Shown: positions 12,328 to 25,169 of the stretch, piece after piece
How positions within the stretch are numbered: the stretch's first letter is position 1
How the letters are laid out: the number at the start of each line of letters is the position of its first letter
Source of the DNA: Octopus vulgaris
Lineage: Eukaryota
Direction of reading: 5' to 3'
Length of the DNA stretch: 64,000 nucleotides
NCBI GenBank assembly: GCA_951406725.2
Contig: OX597826.1
Location: forward strand, 13,454,001-13,518,000
Position numbers and translations under genes: made by a program
The notes under the pieces: generated by a model
Told to the model about the DNA's origin: nothing
What the model saw: the letters and a program-made list of their open reading frames with translations, nothing else
Database searches by the model: none

Positions 12328-12716
12328 TAATGTTGTAAAAAGTAAGCAACGTTTTGAACCATGAAGGATTTGTACTGAATTTTGGTAGAGTTTTGAAATT
12401 GTTTTAAACATTTTTTTGTAATTGTCTCATAATATAGACATAGATTTACCCAAATGCATCAATAAATAAAAAGTGGTATTTTTTATCACCGTTTTTACAA
12501 TCATTTGAAATGGAACTGTCAAAGCGCGATATTCGAGCAATTTTGAAGGACGTACAGCAGCTGAAAATGCTCGCGATATCAACGAAACGTTTGCTGAGAA
12601 AATGACCAGTAAGCGGTCAACTCGAAATGGCGGTTTAAGCGGTTTCGCAGTGGAGACCTGACCCTTGAAGATCGTCAGCGTAGTGGACACCCATCTGTCA
12701 TCGATGAACAAATGAT
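12328..12716 (+). mobile_element. mariner 5' remnant (N-terminal transposase)
   Basis: MELSKRDIRAI from 12509, then frameshifted RFKRFRSGDLTLEDRQRSGHPSVIDEQ (mariner HTH region). Confidence 0.75.
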
Positions 12717-12740
12717 AGTGTGTGTTTTGTGTGTACATGC

Positions 12741-12955
12741 ATACTCTTTTACTCTTTTACTTGTTTCAGTTATTTGACTGCGGCCATGTTAGAGCACCGC
12801 CTTTAGTCGAGCAAATCGACTCCAGGACTTATTCTTTGTAAGCCTAGTACTTATTCTATCTGTCTCTTTGCCGAACCACTAAGTTACGGTGACGTAAACA
12901 CACCAGCATCGGTTGTCAAGCGATGCTGGGGGGGGACAAACACAGACACACAAAA

Positions 12956-13036
<81 letters not shown>

Positions 13037-13203
13037 CGTATATACGACGGGCTTCTTTCAGTTTCCGTCTACCAAATCCACTCACAAGGCTTTGGTCGAC
13101 CCGAAGCTATAGTAGAAGACACTTTCTCAAGGTGCCACGCAGTGGGACTGAACCCAGAACTATGTGGCTGGTAAGCAAGCTATTACCACACAGCCACTCC
13201 TGC
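12741..13203 (-). mobile_element. SINE family B, full length
   Basis: Reverse-complement match to 3313-3735. Confidence 0.92.
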
Positions 13204-13371
13204 ATGTGTGTATATTTATATAATTGTATGTATTTTTGCATGTATAACTATTATACATACAGATATATATTCAGACCCATATGTAGTCTTGCGTATATAT
13301 ATACCTACATTCGCACATGCTTGTTATATATATATATATATATGCGTGTGTGTTTTTCGTGTTTCTGTATT

Positions 13372-13752
13372 CTTTTATTCTTTTATTTGTTTCTGTCATC
13401 TTGACTGTGGCCATGCTGGAGCACCGCCTTTAGTCAAACAAATTGAGCCCAGGACTTATTCTTTGCAAGCCGAGTAATTCGGTCACTTTTGCCGAACCGC
13501 TAAGCTACGGAAACGTAAACACACCAACATCGGTTATCAAGCGATGGTGGGAGTACCAACACAGACACACAAATATACACATACACACATACGATTGGCT
13601 TCCTTCAGTTTCCGTTCACCGAATCCACTCACAAGGCTTTGATCGGCCCGAGGCTATAGTAGAACACACTTGCCCAATGTGCCACGCAATGGAACTGAAC
13701 CCGGAACCATGTTGTTAGTAAGCAAGCTATTTACCACACACCCACTCTTGTG
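13372..13752 (-). mobile_element. SINE family B, more diverged
   Basis: Reverse-complement match to family B head and tail. Confidence 0.88.
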
Positions 13753-13781
13753 TATGAAAAAAAGAACATTTGTTTGTTGTA

Positions 13782-15066
13782 TTGCCAACTAAGTTTCCGC
13801 CGTTTTTTAGCTTTAAATTTTTTTAAAGGTTTAATAAAAATAACAACTAATTAATCAATAATGTATTCACCCTTGTTGTTTACAACTTCTTCCCAATGTT
13901 CAACAAGATTTTCAATACCTCGTTGGTAGAAATCACCCGATTTCGACTCGAAAAATTGATCCAACCAAGCTCTCAATTCTGCATCAGTACTGAACGAAAC
14001 TCCGCGCATAGCATTTGAAAGAGATCGAAAGAGGTGGAAATCCATTGGTGCCAAATCAGGAGAGTACGGCGGGTGTGGCAGCTCTCCCCAGCCATGCGTT
14101 TGAATGGCTTCCTTGGTCATATTGGCGATATGAGGGCGGGCGTTGTTGTGAAGCGGAAGAACTCTATGTTGCCGATTAGGTCTTTTCTCTTGAATAGCCG
14201 TGTTGAGTCGTTCCATCTGTTGAACATAGAATTCCGCGTTGATCGTTTGGTTCCGTTCAAGCAATTCGTAATGGATAATCCCTTCCCAGTCCCACCATAC
14301 GCACATCGTTTTACGCGGATAAAAATCTTGTTTCACGCGTGGTGTTGCTTGGTTACCGGGGCTAAGCCATACCTTACACTGCTTCATATTGATGTACAGG
14401 CACCATTTTTCATCGCCAATAACGATTTGGTAAAGAAATCGTTGCTTGTATCCATGATTTTAGAGGTGACGAGAAAGCAAATCAACGGAGATTGTGGCTC
14501 GTTGATATTTGTTGTCACTTAAAGCATGCGGAACCCATGTTCCATACATCTGAACTTTTCCAATCGAGTGAAGATGCTTCTCTATAGCAGTGTGGGAGCA
14601 TTTCATTTTCTCTGCCAGTTCCCTTGTCGTTTGATGAGAATTTTCACGCAAAAGTTGGTTTAATCGCTCTTCATCGAACTCAACTGGACGGCCAGAACGA
14701 GGTGCGTCTTTGAACTTCCATTTTTGAATTTGGCATACCAATCACGAGCGGTTCTTTCAGCTATGGCACCCTCTCCATACACAGCACAAATGTCGCGGGC
14801 AGCTTTTGCGGCCTTAGAACCTTGATTAAAAGCAAAAAGAAAGAGGTGTCGAAAATGCTGGTTTTTCTTAACTTGACATTCCATTCTAATGATCTGAAAA
14901 TAAACAAAAATTTACTAAAATTAACTAGAAAAAAAAACAAAAAGCAAAATAGATTCCAAAATGATTCAAAAATTGAATTCTCGAAAAAAAAAAGTAGATT
15001 CCCAAATTTAAAAACGCAGTAAATTCCAAGATTTAAAAAACGGCGGGAACTTAGTTGCTCACCCAA
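13782..15066 (-). mobile_element. Near-full-length mariner transposon (about 1.29 kb) with TIRs and TA flanks
   Basis: TIRs TA|TTG(GGTGAG/C)CAACTAAGTT(C/T)CCGCCGTTTTT at both ends; encloses a frameshifted transposase. Confidence 0.95.
13851..14884 (-). pseudogene. mariner DD34D transposase, frameshifted
   Basis: MECQVKKNQHFRH..., WVPHAL, IVIGDEKW, LHNNARPH (catalytic D to N), HPPYSPDLAPMDFHLF, ends NKGEYIID; split over ORFs 14660-14884, 14460-14741 and 13851-14387. Confidence 0.95.
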
Positions 15067-15744
15067 TATTATAATTTTGCTGATTAAGAGACGGAGTGAT
15101 TATGGCAGCGTGCGTACGTGAACGCGTTTCATACTGAAAGCACCAAATATTTGACTATGAAAATATATAGGGTAGAATAAACAAGTATCAAGGCCAAATG
15201 AAAAAAGAATTAGGGGAAAGAACCTGCTGCGTGCATGTTAGAGTATACAAATATCGTGAATGAGTTTAAGTAAATGGTGTATATACTGTCAGCAGTGCAC
15301 ACCCCAGAATAGGTAGCATGCTGTTTGATATAATTTACCCGCTTGTCACATTCACACTGCTGTGATGAACTTGTATAAACCATTTACCAACGTGTCTCGT
15401 TCTTGTCTGAACCCTGTCTGAGAGAGAGAGTGTGTTGTCTAACCAAAACGATTTAACACATTGCCATTCCTGCCCAACGTTCGCACCACGCCTTTTCTAA
15501 TAACGCTGTTTTCAATTACACGTGGCGACAGCTCCTCACTGCAAAAGACCTTTACAGAGCACACTATCTCGATGACAGTACTCTTGACTGTTTTATAATT
15601 TACATGTTTAGTATTACAATGTAAATGGAGGAATCAGTTACATTTCTATTGTTACTTTTTTCACTGATAGGAGCGGGAGAAAAGATGACTGCAACAGGAC
15701 AGTGACATTCCACTATATATCTTCACTTCACTATATATATATAT

Positions 15745-15991
15745 ATTTCTTCATTACAAACAAGGACAGACAAACGGATTAAGTCGATTATATCGACCCC
15801 AGTGCGTAACTGGTACTTAATTTATCGACCCCGAGAGAATAAAAGGCAAAGTCGACCTCGGCGGAATTTGAACTCAGAACGTATCGGCAGCCGAAATACC
15901 TATTTCTTTACTACCCACAAGGGGCTAAACACAGAGAACAAACAAGGACAGTGAAACGGATTAAGTCGATTATATCGACTCCAGTGCGTAC
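15745..15991 (-). mobile_element. SINE family A dimer remnant
   Basis: Contains the AAAGAAATA|GGTATTTCG junction at 15900/15901 on the minus strand. Confidence 0.85.
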
Positions 15992-16169
15992 TCTGTTTCA
16001 CGCTGAATATCCCGGAGAACTTAGTTAAGGGTAAGCGTGTCTGTGTAGTGCTCAACCACTTACACGTAAATTTCACGAACAGGCTGTTCCATTAATCGGG
16101 ATCAACTGGAGCCCTCGTCGTCGTACGCGACGGAGTGCCATTTATACCTCTTTTTATGTATATGACGAT

Positions 16170-16866
16170 AGAGTGCCAAGTGGGAAGAAGAAAAAACAGC
16201 AATTTTGATACCAACTTCACTCAAGGTTCCAAAACTATCAACGCTGTTTTAGAAAGTACTCCACAGAAATAAATTTTATTCTTTAAAGAAGGTAAATTCG
16301 ATCTCATAGAGTCTCTGTGTTTCGACCAATCTGTTCAGTTCGCTGAGCATCGATTGAACAAGCTCATCCATGATGATTAGCGCCAATCCACTTGGGAATT
16401 TGCCTAGTGCAGGGGATGCCCTCATGAAATCGTTGCCCGTCACCTTCACTCGATGAGTTACATTCAAAAGCTTGGTGCGACCCGACCGGTGACACGGCGT
16501 ACTCCAATAAGACAATGCTAACCCCATGTCCTTAATTGCTATTGAAGAACTCCGCTGGAAAGTTTTACCGCGCCCATCGTATTCTCCTGGTGTAGCGCCT
16601 TCAATCGGCGAAGCGTTTCGTTCAAGGACGGCGTGGAGTTTTCAACATGTGTCACTGAATTTTTCAAGTCAAAAGTCAGTGATTTTCCTCTTCAAGACAG
16701 TAACAAGCTTGTAGAATAGAATGTTGGCAAGACGTCTCGAACAATAAAGATGAATATGTTAATAAGTTATTGACTGATTTATTAAAATTGTCGATGAAAA
16801 ATAAGGATTAAAAGAAATTTAAAAAATAAACAAAAAAAAAAAGCGAATTTAGCTTATAACCTACTA
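16170..16866 (+). mobile_element. Heavily deleted mariner remnant
   Basis: ECQV-like start near 16171, DNANPH near 16511, ELRWKVLPRPSYSPGVAPS, ..KDEYVN end. Confidence 0.7.
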
Positions 16867-17289
16867 CTTTTTTTTCTTCTTCAAACTAAATAAATTATCC
16901 ACCATGGCGTGGATAAAGACAGGACAGTGTAATTCCTGAAATATTTTGTTATTTCTAGCAGTTCGATATATGAAATTTCAATTTCAATGAGTTCAAAACC
17001 GATATAGTATTAAGCCTTGCAAATGTGTCTCTCACGTGCTGTTCAGTCAGATTCAAGACACTCTAGACGTAATGGAATCCTAGCGGCTACCTATGATATT
17101 ATGCACCGAAGGTATCCAGGGTACACTTCAACGATAGACCTACGGATCAATAACTGTATCTTTCCCCCCGGATATACTCTTTTAACCACTTACTTATTGG
17201 AATACAGTTACTTACTGAAGCACTACGTTGTAGAGTTTGTCGAAGAAATCCCACTACTTAATTCAAGTCTGAAATTTATTCTATTAGGA

Positions 17290-17625
17290 TCTTTGCCGCA
17301 CCGTTAAGTTACTGGGACGTAAACAAACTAACACCAGTTGTCAAGCAGTCGAAGACAAGCACAAACACGCACACACACGCACAAACACGCACACACTCAC
17401 ACACACACGCATGCATACACAACCACACAGTCACACACACATATACATAGAATACACACACACACATATGCATACTTGACGGGCTTCCACACAGTTTTCG
17501 TGGGCCAAATTCTTACACAAGGCATTGGTCGAATCGTGGTTATGGCTGAAGACATGCGAGGGCTCGTGCAGTGGGGTTGCGTCAAAACCACGTTGTTGCG
17601 AACAAAACGTCTTAACCACACCTTC
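17290..17625 (-). mobile_element. SINE family B, old diverged copy
   Basis: Partial match (gggacgtaaacaaac..., gacgggcttccacacagttt...). Confidence 0.7.
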
Positions 17626-17784
17626 AACCATATTTGTTTTTTTCTTCTTGCAGAATTAAGATGGTAAGAATTGATTTAACACAGTATTTGACACAGTATA
17701 TTACTGGTAATTCTTTTATTTATTCCGGCAAAATTTAATTTCAGAGCAGTAAGATATATAGTGAAGATATATAGTGAAGTGAAG

Positions 17785-18195
17785 GGCGGTGAGCTGGCAG
17801 AAACATTAGCACGTCGGGCGAAATGCTTAGCAGTATTTCGTCTGCCGCTACGTTCTGAATTCAAATTCCGCCGAGGTCGATTTTGCCTTTCATCCTTTCG
17901 GGGTCGATTAAATAAGTACCTGTTATGCACTGGGGTCGATATAATCGACTTAATCCGTGTGTCTGTCCTTGTTTGTCCCCTTGTGGGTAGTAAAGAAATA
18001 GGTATTTCGGCTGCCGTTATGTTCTGAGTTCAAATTCCGCCGAGGTCGACTTTGCCTTTCATCCTTTCGGGGTCGATTAAATAAGTACCAGTTACGCACT
18101 GGGGTCGATGTAATCGACTTAATCCGTTTGTCTGTCCTTGTTTGTCCCCTCTATGTTTTTCCCCTCTATGTTTATCCCCTTGTGGGTAATAAAAA
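17785..18195 (+). mobile_element. SINE family A dimer
   Basis: Full monomer followed at 18001 by a second monomer lacking the first ~45 nt. Confidence 0.92.
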
Positions 18196-18507
18196 GCAAA
18201 TATTCATGCGATATATATTTGCATTAATTGTTTTATCAAAACTGAAAATACTGCAATGCATGAAATTAGTCTGTTATTTGAACCTAGGAATATGAAACAT
18301 GTAACATGAAAAAGATCTGATCTGGACTATGCAATTTCTGTAACATTCCTTTCTTGTGACAGCAAATATTTTTGGGATGTCGAAGACTATAAGTTATCAA
18401 TTTAATTGAATTTAATTTTAAAAATTATACAGAAATAAAACTATACGTGTGTTTTTGATGATATTGCTGTCGTTATTTAGCCGCAGATTTAGTCTGCCAG
18501 AGCAGAC

Positions 18508-18876
18508 ATATGGTTCCGGGTTCAGTCCCACTGCGTGGCACCTTGGGCAAATGTCTTCTACTATAGCCTCGGGCCGACCAAAGCCTTGTGAGTGGATTTG
18601 GTAGACGGAAACTGAAAGAAGCCTGTCGTATATATGTATATATATATATATGTATGTGTGCGTGTATGTTTGTGTGTCTGTGTTTGTCCCCCCAGCATTG
18701 CTTGACAACCGATGCTGGTGTTTATGTCCCCGTAACTTAGCGGTTCGGCAAAAGAGACCGATAGAATAAGTACTGGCTTACAAAGAATAAGTCCCGGGAT
18801 CGAGTTGCTCGACTAAAGGTGGTGCTCCAGCATGGCCGCAGTCAAATGGCTGAAACAAGTAAAAGAGTAAAGAGTA
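18508..18876 (+). mobile_element. SINE family B, 5'-truncated
   Basis: Starts just before the B box; intact tail ending aaaagagtaaagagta. Confidence 0.9.
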
Positions 18877-19109
18877 TCATATAATCTTATTTATATATCA
18901 TTCAAAGTTTTCTCTTTTTTTAAGGCAATAAGCAATGATTTGCAAGCGGTTTGGTTCCTATTTCTAGCAGATCGCGTGAGCACGTAGATAATCGTTGTAT
19001 TTCATACTCATATAGAACATATTTTCCCATGTTTTATCGGTAATCAGAGATCTCAAGCAATTATAGAGTAATTAGTAGTATCGATCTGGTCGAGAGGTGA
19101 GGCGATATC

Positions 19110-19345
19110 ATTCAATCATGGGACTGCGGCCATGCTGGGGCATCGTTAGAAGGGGTTTAGTTGAACAAATCCACCCCCCAGTACTGAGGTATTTTTCTTA
19201 AGTTTGATACTTATTGTAGCGATCTCTTTTGCCAAAATGCTACATTACGGGGACGTAAATAAACTAATACCGGTTACAAAGTGATAAGCGGACACACACA
19301 CACATACACATAGATATACTGATACATACACATCATAATACATAC

Positions 19346-19407
<62 letters not shown>

Positions 19408-19580
19408 GCGCGCGCGACGGGCATCCGCACAGTTTTCGTCTGTGAAATTCACTCACAAGATATTGGTCGGCCCGGAGCTACAGAAAAAGACACTTGCTCG
19501 TGTTTCTGCACAATGGGATTGAACCTGAAACCACGTGGCTGCAAAGAGAGTTTCTTGAGCACACAAACAGGCCTGCATCT
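19110..19580 (-). mobile_element. SINE family B, old diverged copy
   Basis: gactgcggccatgctgggg tail and gggattgaacc head, with an internal microsatellite. Confidence 0.78.
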
Positions 19581-20067
19581 ACCTGTGATATCGATACTTC
19601 CCCAACATTGACGAAGAATTGAACTGAAGTGAAGCAGTTGCTACAGGGAGCAAATGAAACTCGCAAAGAATTGGTACCAGGGAGCTTACCTACTTTTGAC
19701 AGAACCAATACTTAATCAAGAACAAATTCCTAAGTATTTATTTTCTGTAAATTCTACACGATTATATTTCTAAACTCCAACTCCCTGCGGCAAATTGCAT
19801 ATCAAAATTCTTCAGAGTACATCGTTTATCACGGGTGTTTAGTTAGAAAAGAAGAAAAAAGACGTGTTCAATGAATCTGTGATAAATGACTGATAGAAGA
19901 TATGGGGAAAATAGGTTTTGTTCCGAGACACCCAAGTTGTCCTAAGCACTGTGGATGATTTCTGGGTGCGCTTTTGCAGGCCAGACAGAATTTTTAACTA
20001 ATCGCTGACTGACCCATATTATTACATATCAATTCGTGATAAGCGGAACATATTACACAATTGTGCG

Positions 20068-20498
20068 AACCAATTAGTCAGTGATAAATGAATTAATCAG
20101 TAATAAACAAATTAGTCAGTGATAAACGAATTAGTTAGTGATAAACGAATTGATTGATTTTTATTGATGTGCCCTTTTCAAGCCTAGCCAAGCTCATGGG
20201 CCCGGTTTCCCGGTGTCTGTGGCGTATGTGTTCCCCCCAGCTGGACGGGACGCCAACCCGTCGCAGCGTTACTCAAGAAACAGGAAGAAAGAGCGAGAGA
20301 AAGTTGGGTCGAAAGAGTACAACAGGGGTCGCCACCACCTCCTGCCGGAGCCTCGTGGAGCTTTAGGTGTTTTCGCTCAATAAACACACACAACGCCTGG
20401 TCTGGGAATCGAAACCACGATCCTCCAACCACTGGGCCATTGCGCCTCCACGATAAACGAATTAATCAGTGATAAACCAATTAATCAATAGTAAACGA
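20068..20498. repeat. About 19-bp tandem repeat (aattagtcagtgataaacg) interrupted by a SINE C
   Basis: About 4 units before and 2-3 units after the SINE. Confidence 0.8.
20152..20451 (-). mobile_element. SINE family C, tail type 3 (shared with family D)
   Basis: Family C head with a ~20-nt deletion, then gagtaacgctgcga..ggcgtcccgtccagctgggg..gaaaccgggcccatgagc tail; flanked by gataaacgaatt. Confidence 0.9.
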
Positions 20499-21787
20499 GG
20501 ATATACGTAGTAATATCTACATTCACTAGCCAAACTAGAATAAAATACACTCTGTATTATTTCAGTTACCACTATATTTTATTTATATTATACTGTAATC
20601 CGTAATTGTTCAGTTTTAAAGTATGATGATCCTGTCTCTGTGAAGCCACTCTAGATACGGAATGTATAAACTCAAGCCAACGATTGGTTAAACGTTCAAG
20701 GAATTTTAATATGTATAAGAAAAGCTGCCCGACTTCCAACTTTGTCAGAGTTAGCAAAATGAGGGGTTAAAAAAAGAATGGAAAATATTTAAGAAGTGTA
20801 TACGTGTGCGTTCTTCACTCTTTGTAAGGCCCCGTGAGTGTAAATGCACGTAAAAATGAGCATACGTTCGTGTGTAAGTTGAGAGCATGCCTCTGTGTGC
20901 ATGTATGTGTATATGCGTGTTCGTGTGTTCGTGCGAGAGCAGCGCAGTCTCATGTGAGTGGATGCACGTAGAAATATGTGTGTGTATGCGTATGCGCGCG
21001 CAGCCTCTGTGCGCGAGGCCTCTCGTGTATAGATGCAGGCAGATACGTATACACAAATGTATGTGTGTTAATTGCGTAGCCTCTCTGCATGAGGTCTCTT
21101 TATGGGAGGCGCATAAATCTATGACACTCTAGTGTGAGCGTGTGTGTGTCTGTGTGTGTGTGTGTGTGAGCGGAGGCTCAGTGTGTCAGGATTGTGTGAG
21201 GATGCACATAAGTATGTACAAACATGCATGTATGTGTGTGAGAGAGAGGGAGGGAGTAGGGGAGAGAGAGAGAAAGAAAGAAAAACCGCGCTAGTTTGTT
21301 TTGTCTTAAAAGTAAACAAATCTGAATATTTTAAAATATTTTTTACAAATATTCCAACCGTTTCTCTTTTTCGTTTTACCATATTTTTTTTAAAATATTT
21401 TTATTTGTTTGTTTTTTGCATCACGCCATTTTTCATAGACAAGAAAACCCAGATTTCTAAAGAGTAAAAAAGAGAATGTGAGAAGTGTATGTTTCATACG
21501 ACAGTATTAATGTGAGACATGTGTGTTTTGAATCGATTTCACAAGGATATTGAAACCAGGCAACAGGCCACCCCATAAATTTTATTCTTGTTGGTTTATA
21601 ACACAAGGCTATCTTCCTCTAATCTAGAAGACCTATGATCAAAACCGTTCCAACCGCGTCAATCCCAACTTTTCTCAAGTTACGCTTCATCTGTGACTAG
21701 ATCATCCACAGCTTCTTTTAATCTTTTTAGTTACAGGAGAATGTATGATACGAAAGAGATTTAGTTGTTAATATTTGCAGGTCGAGA

Positions 21788-22200
21788 GACGGCGAGCTAG
21801 CAGAAACGTTAGCACGCCGAGCGAAATGCTTAGCAGTATTTCGTCTGCCGCTACATTCTGAGTTCAAATTCCGCCGAGGTTGACTTTGCCTTTCATCCTT
21901 TCGCGATCGATTAAATAAGTACCAGTTGCGCACTGGCGTCGATGTGATCGACTTAATCCGTTTGTCTGTCCTTGTTTGTCCTCTCTGTGTTTAGCCCCTT
22001 GTGGGTAGTAAAGAAATAGGTATTTCGTCTGCCGTTACGTTCTGAGTTCAAATTCCGTCGAGGTCGACTTTGCCTTTCATCTCTTCGAAGTCGATAAATT
22101 AAGTACCAGTTACGCACTGGGGTCGATGTAATCGACTTAATCCGTTTCTCTGTCCTTGTTTGTCCCCTCTGTGTTTAGCCCCTTGTGGGTAGTAAAGAAA
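21788..22200 (+). mobile_element. SINE family A dimer
   Basis: Junction AAAGAAATA|GGTATTTCG at 22018/22019. Confidence 0.92.
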
Positions 22201-22211
22201 AAAGTATCGTA

Positions 22212-22376
22212 GGCATGCCGGGAAAAATGGTTAGCAACATTTCGTCCGTCTTTCGGTTCTGAGTTCAAATTCCGCCTTTCATCATTTCTGGGTACCAATT
22301 GAGTACTGGGGTCCATGTAATCGACTTAAACCGTACCCTGATTTTGCTGGCATTGTGCCAAAATTTGAAACCAATA
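22212..22376 (+). mobile_element. Older SINE A-related copy with a different tail
   Basis: ttctgagttcaaattccgcc...gcctttcatc...ctggggtc.atgtaatcgactt, then gctggcattgtgccaaaatttgaaacc. Confidence 0.65.
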
Positions 22377-23163
22377 TTTTTAGGTCGACCAACTAGATAG
22401 AGATGTTTATTACATGAATCGGTTAGTGCAGAAGATTAACGGAAAGTAGTGAATGCTGTTCAAAACGTTTGTGTTATGTATACCGGGTCTCTACGTTTTG
22501 AGTTCGAATCCCATAAAGGGCAATGTTTCCTCGTATCCCTCCGAGATCGGTGAAATAGAGTACCAGTCAAGTCCTAGAGCAATGTAATCCACGAACGTCC
22601 TTCCCTTAAATCTAGCTGGTCTTGTGGCTAAATTAGAAACATTTAGTTCGATAGAATACCAGATAAATGTGAAGCATTTAATTATGTGCTTTTGTGCTGA
22701 AATCTCAACGGAGACAACTTTGTTCTTCTTCCTCGTACACCTATGAAATAAATACGAGCTGCTGGTATTGTTTAGCCTAGATTTAACTTTAAGAAATCTT
22801 ACGATTAATGGCGTTCCAACCACGAAATTTTCTGTTTTTTATATCTAAAATTACAATATTTTGTGTCTTTATTAAAACATGAGAAAAATTTGTCTTCTGC
22901 CTCCTTTAGTTCAAACGACCAAAGCCCCTTCGTTATTCAGTCGGTTATTTCCTACTCTAGAATGTGTAACATTTGTCTTCTGTCTTCTTGTTCTTCTATA
23001 CTCAGGCCTAGATACATATACACATATGTGTATACCATCATCGTCGTTTTAGCGTCTATTTCAAATGTCTGTTTTATACTTGCATAGGTCAGACGAGTGT
23101 GTTTGGGGCAGAGGAAGCAGTCAGCGAACGCAGGAAAATATGAACTCAAAGACGCGCGCGCGT

Positions 23164-23204
<41 letters not shown>

Positions 23205-23249
23205 TACACACGCACACGCACATTCACACATATGTATGTAAGTATATAT

Positions 23250-23405
23250 ATGACGGGCTTCTTTCAGTTTCCGTCTACCAAATCCACTCACAAGGCTTTT
23301 ACTCATCCCTGGCCTATCGCACAAGACATCCTTAGTGCGATGAGTAGAATTGAACCCGAAACCACGTATTTAGATAGCGGACTTTTCAACCAACAAGCCT
23401 TGCAT
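23250..23405 (-). mobile_element. SINE family B head fragment
   Basis: gacgggcttctttcagtttccgtctaccaaatccactcacaaggc. Confidence 0.8.
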
Positions 23406-23499
23406 ATGCCAATGGCATAGTTTCATTTCTACAAAACTGAGTAAATAAATGCCCAGAGATTACTGAATTGTGGCCGGTTTACATGACTAATAAGCGACT

Positions 23500-23692
23500 G
23501 AGATCACAACATGCTCAGTGAACGAGACACCAGTCTGTTACAAAACGACTCATTTACAGCTGATTGAACTAGTGCAACGTGAAATGAAGTGTTTTGCTCA
23601 AGAAAAGGACAAACTGCCCAGCCAGGGAATCGAAATCACAGTCTTGTGGTTATGAGTGCAACACTCAAACCACCATATAATGAGCCTTCACC
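23500..23692 (-). mobile_element. SINE family D, diverged
   Basis: gcaacgtgaaatgaagtgttttgctcaagaa...gggaatcgaa. Confidence 0.7.
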
Positions 23693-23942
23693 ATAAAGAA
23701 GAAATCAAATATTAAATTTTGCGAAGCAGCTCAACACAAACTCAGCAACAGTGTTTATACTCAGTTCATAATATGACAGTTCAGCTAACTTTACTTTCTG
23801 CTTGTTTAGTACCTTCAGTGTGTGGCAAATTTGGCTTCTTAGCAATTAACCAAATTCCTGAAAACTAGGAAACGTCTTTTGTGTTGAAGTCTACCAGAAT
23901 GGATAAGATTAGCGCCTACTGTCACTTTTCAACATTTATTTG

Positions 23943-23990
<48 letters not shown>

Positions 23991-24300
23991 GAGTGAGAGA
24001 GCAGTGCATGCCATCAAAGTGATACTGGTGTGAAATATACGAAGCCCGGTATACCCATCATGACTACCCATTTGATAGTGTACACCAGGCACATGCATCA
24101 CAACCATATGTGCGCGACATGGTGATCTCATATCAAGATTAACAGTACATGACCTCGCAGGTGGAACCTAGTTAGAATTTTCTTAAGATGGAGTAGCCCA
24201 TACTGCTCAAAACGTCCTTGAATAAGAGTTGTTTAAGGATGTTGAATGAAACACTCATGTTTCCAGAGGTAAATTATCCAAACCCCAAATAATTCCTCTC
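23991..24300 (-). mobile_element. Repeat family E (probable retroelement 3' end) abutting (TAA)n
   Basis: Matches 52750-53060; (ATT)n at about 23945-23990. Confidence 0.75.
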
Positions 24301-24301
24301 T

Positions 24302-25091
24302 TTGGGGATTGTGTGGGAGTAGCTGATAGAAGAGGGGTGTACAAATGCCTCAAGCACCTGATCAGCCAGTTCCAGCTGTCTGAGAGGTACCAACGAGATT
24401 TCCCTGATTCGCCAGTGTGAACTGGACAAACCGTTTAGGGTGATCTAGATCGTATATAGATAGGGTTTTCAGTAGGAAAATAGATAGTAATAGTCTAGAA
24501 TGTCTACTTTTTAAAACGGTCGCCTACTCAGACCATAAGTTTTTATTCTGTACGTTAGACCTAGATAAGACGCGTAGGTTAGAACCCGGGTACTAGAAGC
24601 TGAACATGTCGTTTCCGGTACGTAAGGCTTACATTGACTGGGTCAGCAATTTAGTTAAGCAGAATTTGACGGTGGGAGTGGTCGTCAACAACAGGTCGTG
24701 GGCGGTTCTCAAAAGTCGATAGTGTTTAGCAAAGAAATAGCGTTTGAAACAAAGAGAAAAGAGGGGGAGCAGATAGCTAAACTAGAGGCTATTTGCAGTA
24801 GCATTGCAACCGCCGAGCTAGCAACGAGAATTGCAATTATACCAGTTCTTCAACGCGAAACATGAAGGTTGCATTGTCAGAGCTAAGGCGCGTGCTCTAA
24901 GAAACGAGGTGATCAAAGCTGTTCGATGGGCCCGCGTAGCAGAGATGCAGTGTGGTAACAAAACCAGGATTCTTTTGTTGGATATTATTGTTATTGTTTT
25001 AATTGTGTACTCGTTGTTTCTGTGTAAAATCCCCACTGTCCATGTCTACTGTATCGTCCCCTATATGTCGGCCTTAGTAGCAATTAAATGA
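24302..25091 (+). mobile_element. L1/Tx1-type LINE ORF2 endonuclease remnant joined to a 3' UTR-like end
   Basis: WTNRLG.SRSYIDRVF, AYSDHK, GY*KLN motifs of an APE endonuclease; ends gtcccctatatgtcggccttagtagcaattaaatgaa. Confidence 0.7.
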
Positions 25092-25115
25092 ACTAATAAC
25101 AACAACAACAATAGC

Positions 25116-25147
<32 letters not shown>

Positions 25148-25169
25148 CATAAAATAGCACTTGCTCTGT

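Noticed and set aside
20068-20498. CRISPR-like repeat array (also 44801-44925)
   Set aside because: Contiguous tandem units without unique spacers, no cas genes, eukaryotic context.
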